Positions 1-8,048 of a stretch of DNA of 30,349 nucleotides are shown in pieces (position 1 is the first letter of the stretch; each line of letters begins with the position of its first letter). The DNA is from an uncultured bacterium. GTDB lineage: Bacteria > Abyssobacteria > SURF-5. The notes below the pieces were generated by a model. That model had not been told where the DNA came from. It did not search any database and saw only the letters and a program-made list of their open reading frames with translations. The position numbers and the translations under genes were made by a program. The DNA is taken from positions 1-30,349 of the forward strand of contig CAZEBC010000006.1 of the NCBI GenBank assembly GCA_964510165.1. The letters run 5' to 3'.

Positions 1-112
1 TTCCCCTGAACGCCGGTATCCCGCTGTCAACCGATATGCCCGCCCCCGTGAGAGCTACGACCTTGTTTGAGCGGGCTATCTTTTCGGCGGCGGCTTGTAC
101 TTGATTCATCAT
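1..112 (-). CDS. cobB: Sir2-family NAD-dependent protein deacylase (5' part; continues beyond window start)
   Basis: Not in ORF track. Manual reverse-strand translation from ATG at 112 gives MMNQVQAAAEKIARSNKVVALTGAGISVDSGIPAFRG, carrying the sirtuin signature TGAGISxxSGIPxFRG. Confidence 0.9.
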   Translation of the reverse strand, partial: MMNQVQAAAEKIARSNKVVALTGAGISVDSGIPAFRG

Positions 113-156
113 GATCTTGCGTCCCTTCGGAAAACATCTGGGGTATAGGACAATCC

Positions 157-435
157 CTAAAGTTCCGGAATCAATCCTTTACGATACAACAACTCCACAT
201 AGTCTCCGTAATTGAATTCAAAGGAAATTGTATCTCTCAACTGCTGCTCATTCATCATAAGCTGGCTTCGAAAGCGGTCCGTCGCCCTGAATTCGCCCCT
301 CCCCTTTGAAATCCTGGTCTTGAGTATCTTCTTTCCTTCATAACAAAACCAATAAATGTCATGATGCGTCTTGCGAGGCGGGTCAAACTTGAGCTTGTCT
401 ACAACCTTCTTAGCCTCTTCCTTCTTTACCTGCAT
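157..435 (-). CDS. HicA-like small basic protein, putative toxin (mRNA interferase)
   Basis: 92 aa with a Lys/Arg-rich N-half. Pattern helix-KLKF-x5-THH-aromatic strand-GKK-TRISKG-helix resembles the HicA fold; H24 lies near the position of the HicA catalytic His. Overlaps the upstream acidic ORF; AT-richer than flanks. Confidence 0.55.
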   Translation of the reverse strand: MQVKKEEAKKVVDKLKFDPPRKTHHDIYWFCYEGKKILKTRISKGRGEFRATDRFRSQLMMNEQQLRDTISFEFNYGDYVELLYRKGLIPEL

Positions 436-754
436 AGACTTTTTCTATGATTCCTCTCAAGAAATCCAACTCCTGTTTCGGCATTGGGCCGAGATTATCC
501 ACGTCCTCCAGCAACGACTCGTAGTATTCGATTATTGCCCCGCACAGGTCGTTGATGGCGCTTTGTTCTTCCTCGCCCTCTCCGTACATGTCGATATCAT
601 AGTACGTTGCGATTACGGTGTCATCAGTCGTTTCCAGAAACACGGGAATCGCTTGTTTTAGCCTATACCTGGTATCCCTCAAATTCTGAATGAATATGAC
701 CTTGCCGACGTGCGGGGCCTTGGATAATTTCTTTCCCATTTGGACCATCCTCAC
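410..754 (-). CDS. HicB-like acidic protein, putative antitoxin with no obvious DNA-binding domain
   Basis: Core VFLETTDDTVIATYYDIDMYGEGEEEQSAINDLCGAIIEYYESL matches the HicB N-terminal beta-beta-beta-alpha pattern (GxGxxxxxAxxxLxxxI). GTG start overlaps the acyl-CoA dehydrogenase stop (GTGA); alternative ATGs at 748 and 739. Confidence 0.6.
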   Translation of the reverse strand: MRMVQMGKKLSKAPHVGKVIFIQNLRDTRYRLKQAIPVFLETTDDTVIATYYDIDMYGEGEEEQSAINDLCGAIIEYYESLLEDVDNLGPMPKQELDFLRGIIEKVYAGKEGRG

Positions 755-1887
755 TTCAGCAAATGCCGGGCGATGAGCATGCGCTGAATCTGGTTGGTGC
801 CTTCGACGATCTGCGTGACCTTCGCGGCGCGCATCAGCCGCTCGACCGGATAATCCTGAATGTAACCGTACCCGCCGAACACCTGCACGGCGTCGGTCGT
901 CACCTTCATCGCGGTATCGGTCGCGAACAGTTTCGCCATCGCGGCAACATCGGAGAACGGCTTGCCTTGGTCCTTCAGATACGCCGCTTCGCGCACCAGG
1001 TTGCGGGCTGCGCGGATGGAAGTGGCCATATCGGCGAGCATAAACTGGATGCCCTGGAAGTCGGCGATCGGCTGGCCGAATTGTTCGCGCTGTTTCGCGT
1101 ACTTGACCGCCTCATCAAGCGCGGCCTGCGCCAGGCCGACTGCGGAGGCGCCGATGGTGATGCGGCCCGAATCGAGCGCGATCATCGCGATTTTGAAGCC
1201 GTCGCCCTCTTTGCCGAGGAGGTTCGCGCGAGGGATGCGGCAGTTCTCAAATATGAGTTCGCAGATGGGCGACGCGCGCACTCCCATTTTCTTCTCGTGT
1301 TTGCCAAATGAGAAACCAGGAACGCCGTCCTCGACGATGAACGAGCTTATGCCGCGCGCGCGCTTCTCGGGAGCGGTCTTCGCCATCACGAGGTACAGGT
1401 CCGCGAAGCCGCCGTGCGTGATGAACGCCTTGGTTCCGTTGAGGACATACGAGTCGCCGTCGAGCGAGGCGGTAGTCTTGAGAGACGCGGCGTCGGAGCC
1501 GGCGCTCGGCTCGGTGAGCGCGAACGCGCCCAGTTTCATCCCGCTCGCGAGGGGCGCGAGATACTTTCTCTTCTGCTCCTCGGAACCGAACAGGCCGATC
1601 ATGATCTGTGGAAGTCCCTGCACCGCGAGGCCGATTGCTGTCGCGAGGCAATGCTTGGCGATTTCTTCGATGACGACGATGTAGGTGGAATAATCAAGAC
1701 CCGCACCGCCGTATTCCTCCGCGCACGGTATCCCCAGCAGTCCGAGTTCAGCGAGTTTGTCGTAAATCTCGCGATGGAACTCCGCCTTCTCCTCGGCCTC
1801 AACGGCGATGGGCGCCAATTCCTTCTCGCAGAACCTCTGAACGGTCCGCCGCAGGTTTTCCTGTTCCTCGGTCAACTCAAAGCTCAT
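751..1887 (-). CDS. Acyl-CoA dehydrogenase (short-chain/butyryl-CoA-like)
   Basis: Motifs GAFALTEPSAGSDAAS, LNGTKAFITHG, REQFGQPI, QVFGGYGYIQDYPVER, IVEGTNQIQR. Start set at ATG 1887 behind GAGGAG. Confidence 0.95.
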   Translation of the reverse strand: MSFELTEEQENLRRTVQRFCEKELAPIAVEAEEKAEFHREIYDKLAELGLLGIPCAEEYGGAGLDYSTYIVVIEEIAKHCLATAIGLAVQGLPQIMIGLFGSEEQKRKYLAPLASGMKLGAFALTEPSAGSDAASLKTTASLDGDSYVLNGTKAFITHGGFADLYLVMAKTAPEKRARGISSFIVEDGVPGFSFGKHEKKMGVRASPICELIFENCRIPRANLLGKEGDGFKIAMIALDSGRITIGASAVGLAQAALDEAVKYAKQREQFGQPIADFQGIQFMLADMATSIRAARNLVREAAYLKDQGKPFSDVAAMAKLFATDTAMKVTTDAVQVFGGYGYIQDYPVERLMRAAKVTQIVEGTNQIQRMLIARHLLK

Positions 1888-1904
1888 GAAGATCTCCTCG
1901 CCCC

Positions 1905-3131
1905 TCACACACCCACTGCCCGCCTCGGCTTCAATGTCTCGATGAATGCTTCCAGCCGCGTGAAGATCGGCCCCTCCGAATAGAGGCGCTCATCGTTCAT
2001 GTCGGCCTCGATCAGGATGCCCGGCACGCCTGTCCACTCGGCCAGCATTTCCTTGATGTCGTACTGGCCGAGCGAATAAGGCCTGCAGCTCCGGTTGGAG
2101 TGGAATACGACGCCGTCAACCGAATACTGCTCGATGATATCCCGCATGAGTTGCGCCCGGTGCTGAAGGCTCTCATTCACAAATGCGGACGCATACGCCC
2201 GCGCTATCGCGTCCACCGGGTCTTTGTCATCCAGATCGTATCTGGCCCAGGCGTTGAGATAGGTGGAGGCCACGATGCAAGCGTTCAAATCCAGGAATTT
2301 CTCGGACAGGTCGCGCATCTTGTACCAGATGGGCAGGTTGTCCCAAAGGAGCCGATACTTTTCGCCGGGAGTCGCGGCCACGCCGCTCACCACGCGCTCC
2401 TCGAGTTCCTTTTTGAGCGCCTCATAAAACTCGATCACTTCCTGCGTGCCGCGGAGCGTCACGATCGGACCCATGAGGATAAAGCCGTCGAACGCGCTCA
2501 TCGGCGAGGGCACGGTCTTGCACATGGCAAGCGTTTCACCCCACAGGGTTGAGGCCTTGCCCGAGAGCAGGGCCACCTCGCCAAACCGGTCCATATCGAA
2601 CTTCTTGCCGAGGATGGATTCCATCTGTTTGATGCCGCGCAGGATCTGCCGCTTGACGTACTCGACGCTGTTCTCGGTCATGGATTCATGGATGAACGGC
2701 GCATCAATATAAACGAGGGGGACATCAAAGAGTCTGGCCAGCACTTCGTACCACTTCGTGACCGTCCCGCATATGTTGTTGCAGCACAGCAGGAAATCGG
2801 GCCGGGGAAGCCCCATGATCGGGCTTTTTCCTGTGACCGCCGAGCCGATATCGGTCCGCGCATACGAACACAGGTCGCGCGAGTAGCCCATCTGCTCGGA
2901 GACCTCGCAAAGGTCCACTCCCATCCTGGTGACTCCGCACATGGCACCGTGATTCTCGGGATACACCGGTATCACGTCCATCGTTATAAGAAGTTCCACA
3001 GGTCCACCGCTGGTGATCCAAGCCACCTTGCGGTTGTTGTCGGCGGCGTTCTTGGCCTCGAGGTAGTAGGTGGACATCATTTCCTTCATGCGCGAGCCCG
3101 CATGGATTCTTGGGGAGCGTCTCTCAGCCAT
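1905..3131 (-). CDS. 2-hydroxyacyl-CoA dehydratase / class I benzoyl-CoA reductase family subunit (BcrB/BzdO/HgdA-like)
   Basis: KVAWITSGGPVELL, YPENHGAM, GYSRDLCSYAR, CNNICGTVTKWYE, DGVVFHSNRSCRP, TRLEAFIE: HGD-D family pattern with Cys ligands. Confidence 0.9.
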   Translation of the reverse strand: MAERRSPRIHAGSRMKEMMSTYYLEAKNAADNNRKVAWITSGGPVELLITMDVIPVYPENHGAMCGVTRMGVDLCEVSEQMGYSRDLCSYARTDIGSAVTGKSPIMGLPRPDFLLCCNNICGTVTKWYEVLARLFDVPLVYIDAPFIHESMTENSVEYVKRQILRGIKQMESILGKKFDMDRFGEVALLSGKASTLWGETLAMCKTVPSPMSAFDGFILMGPIVTLRGTQEVIEFYEALKKELEERVVSGVAATPGEKYRLLWDNLPIWYKMRDLSEKFLDLNACIVASTYLNAWARYDLDDKDPVDAIARAYASAFVNESLQHRAQLMRDIIEQYSVDGVVFHSNRSCRPYSLGQYDIKEMLAEWTGVPGILIEADMNDERLYSEGPIFTRLEAFIETLKPRRAVGV

Positions 3132-4263
3132 TTTTCCTCTCCTTCAGCATTTCCAGGAATGCTTGCAGTCGGGTGCGTGTCTGCTCTATCGAGGTCGGCT
3201 GCATCTCGGTCTCTATCAGCAAGTGCGGTATGTTGGTCTCCGTAAGCCGCTTCGCAAGGTCGGGATAATCGAATGCGTGCGGATCGCAGAACTTGAGGAT
3301 GAGCATCACGACGCCGTCGGCCCGGCTCTGCTTCACCATATCCACCAGATAGCGCCGCCGGTCGAACTCCATGCTGTGCTTCGAAGGGCACGGCACCCGC
3401 CTGATGTACCTCTGAGCAAGCCTGCGGACGGGGTCGCCCTCCGACGGCTCGATGTGCAGGAAATACCGCGAGCCGGTGCAGAGGTCATCGTCAACCACCA
3501 CCGCGTCGAGTTCCTCGAACAGGTTTATTAGAGCCGGATGATCGCATGCGTTCCCGTACAGCACAATGCGCACGGCGCCGTCCGCCTTCCTTGGGGCCGC
3601 CTTGAGTTCTGCGAGCAACTGCTTGAGGAGCCTGGAATGGTCCTCTTTCCGCATGGTCATCGAGGCGCGTACGACATCAAGCACGCCCTGTGCCGGAATT
3701 GCCGACGGATTATCCCGCCTGAACGCGTAAAGCTCGGCGAGCAACGCCCGGTTTTCGTTATACGTGTCGAGCGATCTTGCGATCTCATCGTTGGTGATTC
3801 GGAGATTGAGATGGTTTTCCAGTTTCATTCGGAACCGCATGATCTCGCCCGTCAGATAGTCCTCGGCCTCGGGCACGTCCACCCACACCGGCAGCACCAC
3901 GACGTCCGTGAACTGGCCGGGCAGGTTTCTGCGCCAGATATCGGCAAGGTTCTGTATCGAATCGCATGAGTGTGGGAACACAACGCCATCAAGAAAATCG
4001 AACTTGTGTTTCAGGGCAGCGTCGAGGCTCGTCCGCACAAGCGAGCAGATGAACGCCTGCACGTGCGCGTCGGCCAGCGACACGTTCTCCTTGTCGCCGA
4101 GGATCCGCATCGGCAGTATTTCCGCAGCGTGCAGAAGTTCCTCCGGGAAATACGAGCAGAAATAGCCGAACACCCTTCCGCCCGTCCGCTCTTTCCACTG
4201 ACGGGCTGACTCGTAGGGCCTCGAGGCCATCTCCGAGAACTGTTTCAAGACTGACTCAGCCAA
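3124..4263 (-). CDS. 2-hydroxyacyl-CoA dehydratase / class I benzoyl-CoA reductase family subunit (BcrC/BzdN/HgdB-like)
   Basis: ARQWKE...GYFCSYFPEELLHAA, AFICSLVR, FPHSCDSIQN, VVDDDLCTGSRYF, KFCDPHAFDYP, TRLQAFLE. TTG start behind GAGGAG; overlaps the next gene. Confidence 0.9.
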   Translation of the reverse strand: MAESVLKQFSEMASRPYESARQWKERTGGRVFGYFCSYFPEELLHAAEILPMRILGDKENVSLADAHVQAFICSLVRTSLDAALKHKFDFLDGVVFPHSCDSIQNLADIWRRNLPGQFTDVVVLPVWVDVPEAEDYLTGEIMRFRMKLENHLNLRITNDEIARSLDTYNENRALLAELYAFRRDNPSAIPAQGVLDVVRASMTMRKEDHSRLLKQLLAELKAAPRKADGAVRIVLYGNACDHPALINLFEELDAVVVDDDLCTGSRYFLHIEPSEGDPVRRLAQRYIRRVPCPSKHSMEFDRRRYLVDMVKQSRADGVVMLILKFCDPHAFDYPDLAKRLTETNIPHLLIETEMQPTSIEQTRTRLQAFLEMLKERKNG

Positions 4264-4290
4264 GATCGTCTCTCCTCATGTGCGCATGGA

Positions 4291-6081
4291 TCATTCCTTG
4301 TAGAATGAGTCCAAAAGGTCCTTGTACTGTGCCGTGACCACTTTCCGCTTCACCTTCAGCGTAGGCGTAAGCTCTCCGCCCTCGAGCGTAAACTCCTTGT
4401 CGAGCACGGCGAATTTCTTGATGGTTTCGTATTTCGGCAACTGCTTGTTGACCGCCTCAACGGACTCCCCTATCAGCTTCACGACCTTCTCGTGCTTGAC
4501 AAGCTTCGATATAGAGCCGTACCGAATCCCGGCTTCCTCAGCAAACTTCTTGAGCCTCTCGAAGTCAGGGACAATCAAGGCGGACAGGAACTTGCGCTTG
4601 TCGCCGTGAACCATGGCGTTGCTAATCATCGGGTCGGACTTGAGCATGTTCTCGATATTCTGAGGCGCCACGTTCTTGCCGCCCGCCGTGACGATTATGT
4701 CCTTCTTGCGGTCGGTGATCTTGAGGAAGCCGTCTTCATCGAGGACGCCGATGTCGCCGGTGTGGAAGAAGCCGTCGGCGTCGAGCGCTTCGGCGGTGTC
4801 GGCCGGCTTATTGTAGTAGCCAACCATGATGTTAGGCCCTTTGGCCAGTATCTCGCCGTCCGGAGCGATCTTGATGGTCACATCCGGAACCGGCTTGCCG
4901 ACGGTGCCGAACTTGAAGAACTCCGGCGTATTGGTGGTAAGCACCGGCGAGGTCTCGGTCAACCCATAACCCTCCAGAATGGTGATCCCAAGCGCGTGGA
5001 AGAACTCATTTATTTCCTGCGCCAACGGCGCGCCGCCGGAGACGAAGTATTTCAGCCGCCCGCCCACGTTTTCTTTTATCTTCTTGAACACGAGCGCGTC
5101 AGCGATGTTGTATTTCAACTTCAATAAGGGCGGCGGAGCCTTCTTTGTCACCTTGTAAGCGCTCATCTGCCGGCCGACCTCGAAGCTCCAGTTGAATATC
5201 TTCTGTTTCAGCGGGGAGCCGGACTTGACGTTTTCGATAACCGCCGCATGGAATTTCTCATAAATTCGGGGCACGCTCGCCATGAAGGTCGGCCTGATCT
5301 CCTTGAGATTGTCCCGCACCGTGTCTATGCTCTCGGCGTATGCGATTGTGGCGCCCACAAATATCGGCACGTAATAGCCGGCCATACGCTCGAACGAATG
5401 GCTCAACGGCAGAAACGAAAGGCAGATGTCCTCCGGCCCGACAGGAAGTATCTGCTTCACAGACCTGCAATTGGAAAGGAAATTGTCGTGAATGAGCATC
5501 ACGCCCTTGGGGTCGCCCGTCGTTCCCGATGTGTAGATTATGCTGGCGAGGTCGGTCGGCTTGACGCTCTCGAGTCGTTTCGCGAAGGCTTGCGCCTTAT
5601 CCGATCTCGCGCCCGTCTCGCACACGTCGGCAAAAGAACATACAAACGGATAATCGGTCTCGCCGACCTCATCAAGGACCACGACCTTTTCCAACGTCAG
5701 ACAGTTGGGCTTTACCTCGATCGCCTTTTCAAGCTGCTTCCGGCTCGACACCACGAGGACCCGTGAGGCCGAATCATTCACTATGTATTCCACTTGCTTG
5801 GGAGTGTTGGTTGCGTAGATGGGCACGTTCACCGCGCCGATCGCGAGGATGGCCAGGTCCGAAAACGCCCACTCGGGTCGGTTTTCCGACAGCAGCGCCA
5901 CACGGTCGCCCTGGCTGATTCCGAATTCAAGCAGGCCGAGCGCGAAATTTCTGACCTTCTGGGCCGCCACCTCCCACGAGATGTCCGTATACCGGCCATT
6001 TCGCTTTACCTTGAAGATCGGACGCGAGCCATACCTCTCACGGCTGCCGAAAAACATCTGCCCGACGGTCGCATCATTCAT
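4291..6081 (-). CDS. Long-chain fatty-acid--CoA ligase (AMP-forming)
   Basis: P-loop IIYTSGTTGDPKGV, LPLSHSFER, EGYGLTETSP, FHTGDIG, DRKKDII, terminal LTPTLKVKR. Start set at ATG 6081 behind GGGGAG. Confidence 0.93.
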   Translation of the reverse strand: MNDATVGQMFFGSRERYGSRPIFKVKRNGRYTDISWEVAAQKVRNFALGLLEFGISQGDRVALLSENRPEWAFSDLAILAIGAVNVPIYATNTPKQVEYIVNDSASRVLVVSSRKQLEKAIEVKPNCLTLEKVVVLDEVGETDYPFVCSFADVCETGARSDKAQAFAKRLESVKPTDLASIIYTSGTTGDPKGVMLIHDNFLSNCRSVKQILPVGPEDICLSFLPLSHSFERMAGYYVPIFVGATIAYAESIDTVRDNLKEIRPTFMASVPRIYEKFHAAVIENVKSGSPLKQKIFNWSFEVGRQMSAYKVTKKAPPPLLKLKYNIADALVFKKIKENVGGRLKYFVSGGAPLAQEINEFFHALGITILEGYGLTETSPVLTTNTPEFFKFGTVGKPVPDVTIKIAPDGEILAKGPNIMVGYYNKPADTAEALDADGFFHTGDIGVLDEDGFLKITDRKKDIIVTAGGKNVAPQNIENMLKSDPMISNAMVHGDKRKFLSALIVPDFERLKKFAEEAGIRYGSISKLVKHEKVVKLIGESVEAVNKQLPKYETIKKFAVLDKEFTLEGGELTPTLKVKRKVVTAQYKDLLDSFYKE

Positions 6082-6137
6082 GGCAAACTCCCCTGCACAA
6101 TCCGCGATGAATTTCTTGCATTTCTGTAGTGATTTCC

Positions 6138-6175
6138 CCCTCACCCAGCCCTCTCCCAGTGGGAGAGGGTGAGGG
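6138..6175. repeat. Short intergenic palindromic element (CCCTCACCC...CCCTCTCCC-AGT-GGGAGAGGG-TGAGGG), REP-like
   Basis: Perfect 9-bp stem 6149-6157/6161-6169 extended by CCCTCA/TGAGGG; resembles a widespread class of bacterial extragenic palindromes. Confidence 0.7.
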
Positions 6176-6209
6176 ATTTCTTGCGGGTCATGCCGCGCTG
6201 GCGAGCCCC

Positions 6210-7799
6210 TTACGCTCTTCTCAGCACACGTTTGTCAACTTGGCCTGCGGGGTTCCGAGGGAGAGCGTCCACGAATTCAACGTATTTGGGTATCTTGAAA
6301 TCGGCCAGATGATCTTCGCAGAAATCGAGTATTTGGTCCTCGGTAAGCGAATGGCCCGGGTTGGGCACGATATAGGCCTTCACCTGTTCGCCGAATACCT
6401 TGTCGGGCTCGCCGACTACGGCCGCCTGGAAAACGCCCGGATGCGACTCCAGCACATTCTCTATCTCCACGCAGTAGATGTTCTCGCCCCCGCGGATGAT
6501 CATGTCTTTCTTGCGGTCGACGATGTATAGGAATCCTTCTTCATCGAGTCGCCCCATATCGCCGGTATGGAGCCACCCTTGCACAAAGGTCTCGCGAGTT
6601 GCGTCGGGGTCCTGCCAGTAGCCATCCACCACACTCGGCCCTTTGAGAAGAACCTCGCCGATTTTACCCGGGGCCACATCCTTGCCCGCGTCGTTTACAA
6701 TGCGAACTTGCATCGTCGGTACGGGAGGCCCTACCGAATCGGGTTTCTGCATCGCGTACTCGTCGGGCAGAAATGTTGCGAGGGAAGAACACTCGGTCAG
6801 TCCGTAGCCATTCCCGAGCCGTGCAGAAGGAAACTCCTCGCGCAAACGCCTCACCAGCTCGGGCGAGGCCGGAGCGCCCCCGTATATGATGTTCCTGAGC
6901 GAGTTGCAGTCATAGTCCTTCAGCTTCATCTGCGCAAGGAGCAACCAATAGATGGTAGGGACACCCACCAGGGTGTTGATGGAGGCCTTTCCGAGCAATG
7001 TCAACGTCTGGTCGGAGTTGAAATGACGCTGAATTACGCTGGTACACCCGATGAACACGCCAAATATCAACTGGCTATGACAGCCCGTCGGATGAAAAAG
7101 AGGCACGCAAATGAGTTGTCTTGCGTCGGTAGCGCCCGTGGCAATCTCGATGTTTATGCAGTTTGCCGCAATGTTGCGATGCGTGCATATGGCGCCCTTG
7201 GGTTTCCCCATGGTCCCTGCGGTGTAAAAAATGCAGGCGAGGTCGCTCTCATCCACGTCGACCTCGGTCAACTGTCCTCCCGGATGCTCCAGCAGGGCGG
7301 TCAACTCGAAACCGTCCGCAGCGTCTTCGCGGGGACCGGCCGATATCATGTGTTTGAGTTGTCGCGCCGATTTTCGGGCCCGCAGACATTCACTCCAATA
7401 CTCGGGCTGCACAACCGCAACCGATGCGCCGCAGTTGTTCAGAATGTATGCTATCTCTTTGGCGACAAAACGAGTGTTGATCGGCACTGAGATGGCGCCT
7501 ATCCGGGCAGCCGCAAAGAAGGTGAGCGGAAACGCGATGTCGTTCCCCAGAACGAGCGCCACGCGGTCGCCCTTCTTCACGCCAAGCTTCGTCTGAAGGG
7601 CGGCAGCGAAGAGATCGACCTCCTTGAGGAACTGAGCGTACGTCCTGACTACCGAGCCGCACTCAAATGCGTTCCTATCTGGAAATCGGGCGGCGGACGA
7701 CCGCAGGATCGAATAGAGATTGCGGGGACGGTCCCGGTAATTGAGCACCCGCACTCCCTTGTGGTTTTCTTCGATAATCCGTTCCGATACCTCTGTCAT
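6210..7799 (-). CDS. AMP-dependent acyl-CoA synthetase/ligase with atypical catalytic motifs
   Basis: FYTAGTMGKPKG, VPLFHPTG, NGYGLTECSS, WLHTGDMG, DRKKDMIIRGGENIY, LPRNPAGQVDK (conserved A10 Lys replaced by Gln). Confidence 0.9.
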   Translation of the reverse strand: MTEVSERIIEENHKGVRVLNYRDRPRNLYSILRSSAARFPDRNAFECGSVVRTYAQFLKEVDLFAAALQTKLGVKKGDRVALVLGNDIAFPLTFFAAARIGAISVPINTRFVAKEIAYILNNCGASVAVVQPEYWSECLRARKSARQLKHMISAGPREDAADGFELTALLEHPGGQLTEVDVDESDLACIFYTAGTMGKPKGAICTHRNIAANCINIEIATGATDARQLICVPLFHPTGCHSQLIFGVFIGCTSVIQRHFNSDQTLTLLGKASINTLVGVPTIYWLLLAQMKLKDYDCNSLRNIIYGGAPASPELVRRLREEFPSARLGNGYGLTECSSLATFLPDEYAMQKPDSVGPPVPTMQVRIVNDAGKDVAPGKIGEVLLKGPSVVDGYWQDPDATRETFVQGWLHTGDMGRLDEEGFLYIVDRKKDMIIRGGENIYCVEIENVLESHPGVFQAAVVGEPDKVFGEQVKAYIVPNPGHSLTEDQILDFCEDHLADFKIPKYVEFVDALPRNPAGQVDKRVLRRA

Positions 7800-7926
7800 C
7801 TTCTTTCTTTTGCCCCGGCTTCAGGAAAGCCTCAACACCAATTTGCTTGCCGCTCGTCACGTCCGACATAGAGTCGCAACAGCCGGCAATCATACATACG
7901 GGAAGGCCAACAAACCAGCAGAAACC

Positions 7927-7956
7927 ATTTTAGCAGAGTAACTTTGAGCGAGTCAA
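7927..7956 (-). promoter_or_regulatory. Putative sigma70 promoter of the acyl-CoA operon, with a possible operator in the spacer
   Basis: Minus strand TTGACT (7956-7951), 18 nt, TGcTAAAAT (-10 at 7932-7927). Near-palindrome CAGAGT-A-ACTTTG at 7934-7946. Confidence 0.55.
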
Positions 7957-8048
7957 TAGAGAGAGCAGCCCTCCTGGGGTGTACGACATGAAAGCAGAAT
8001 TGCGGGCTCTTAAGGTCTTCTCCTGGAGGCAACAGTCAATGAGCCGCG

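Noticed and set aside
1-754. Sir2 plus toxin-like genes as an anti-phage Sir2 defence system
   Set aside because: The sirtuin N-terminus (TGAGISxxSGIPxFRG) and acyl-CoA ligase context fit housekeeping CobB; only 37 codons are visible.
7832-8032. 66-aa ORF upstream of the ligase operon
   Set aside because: Overlaps the predicted promoter and has no recognisable features.
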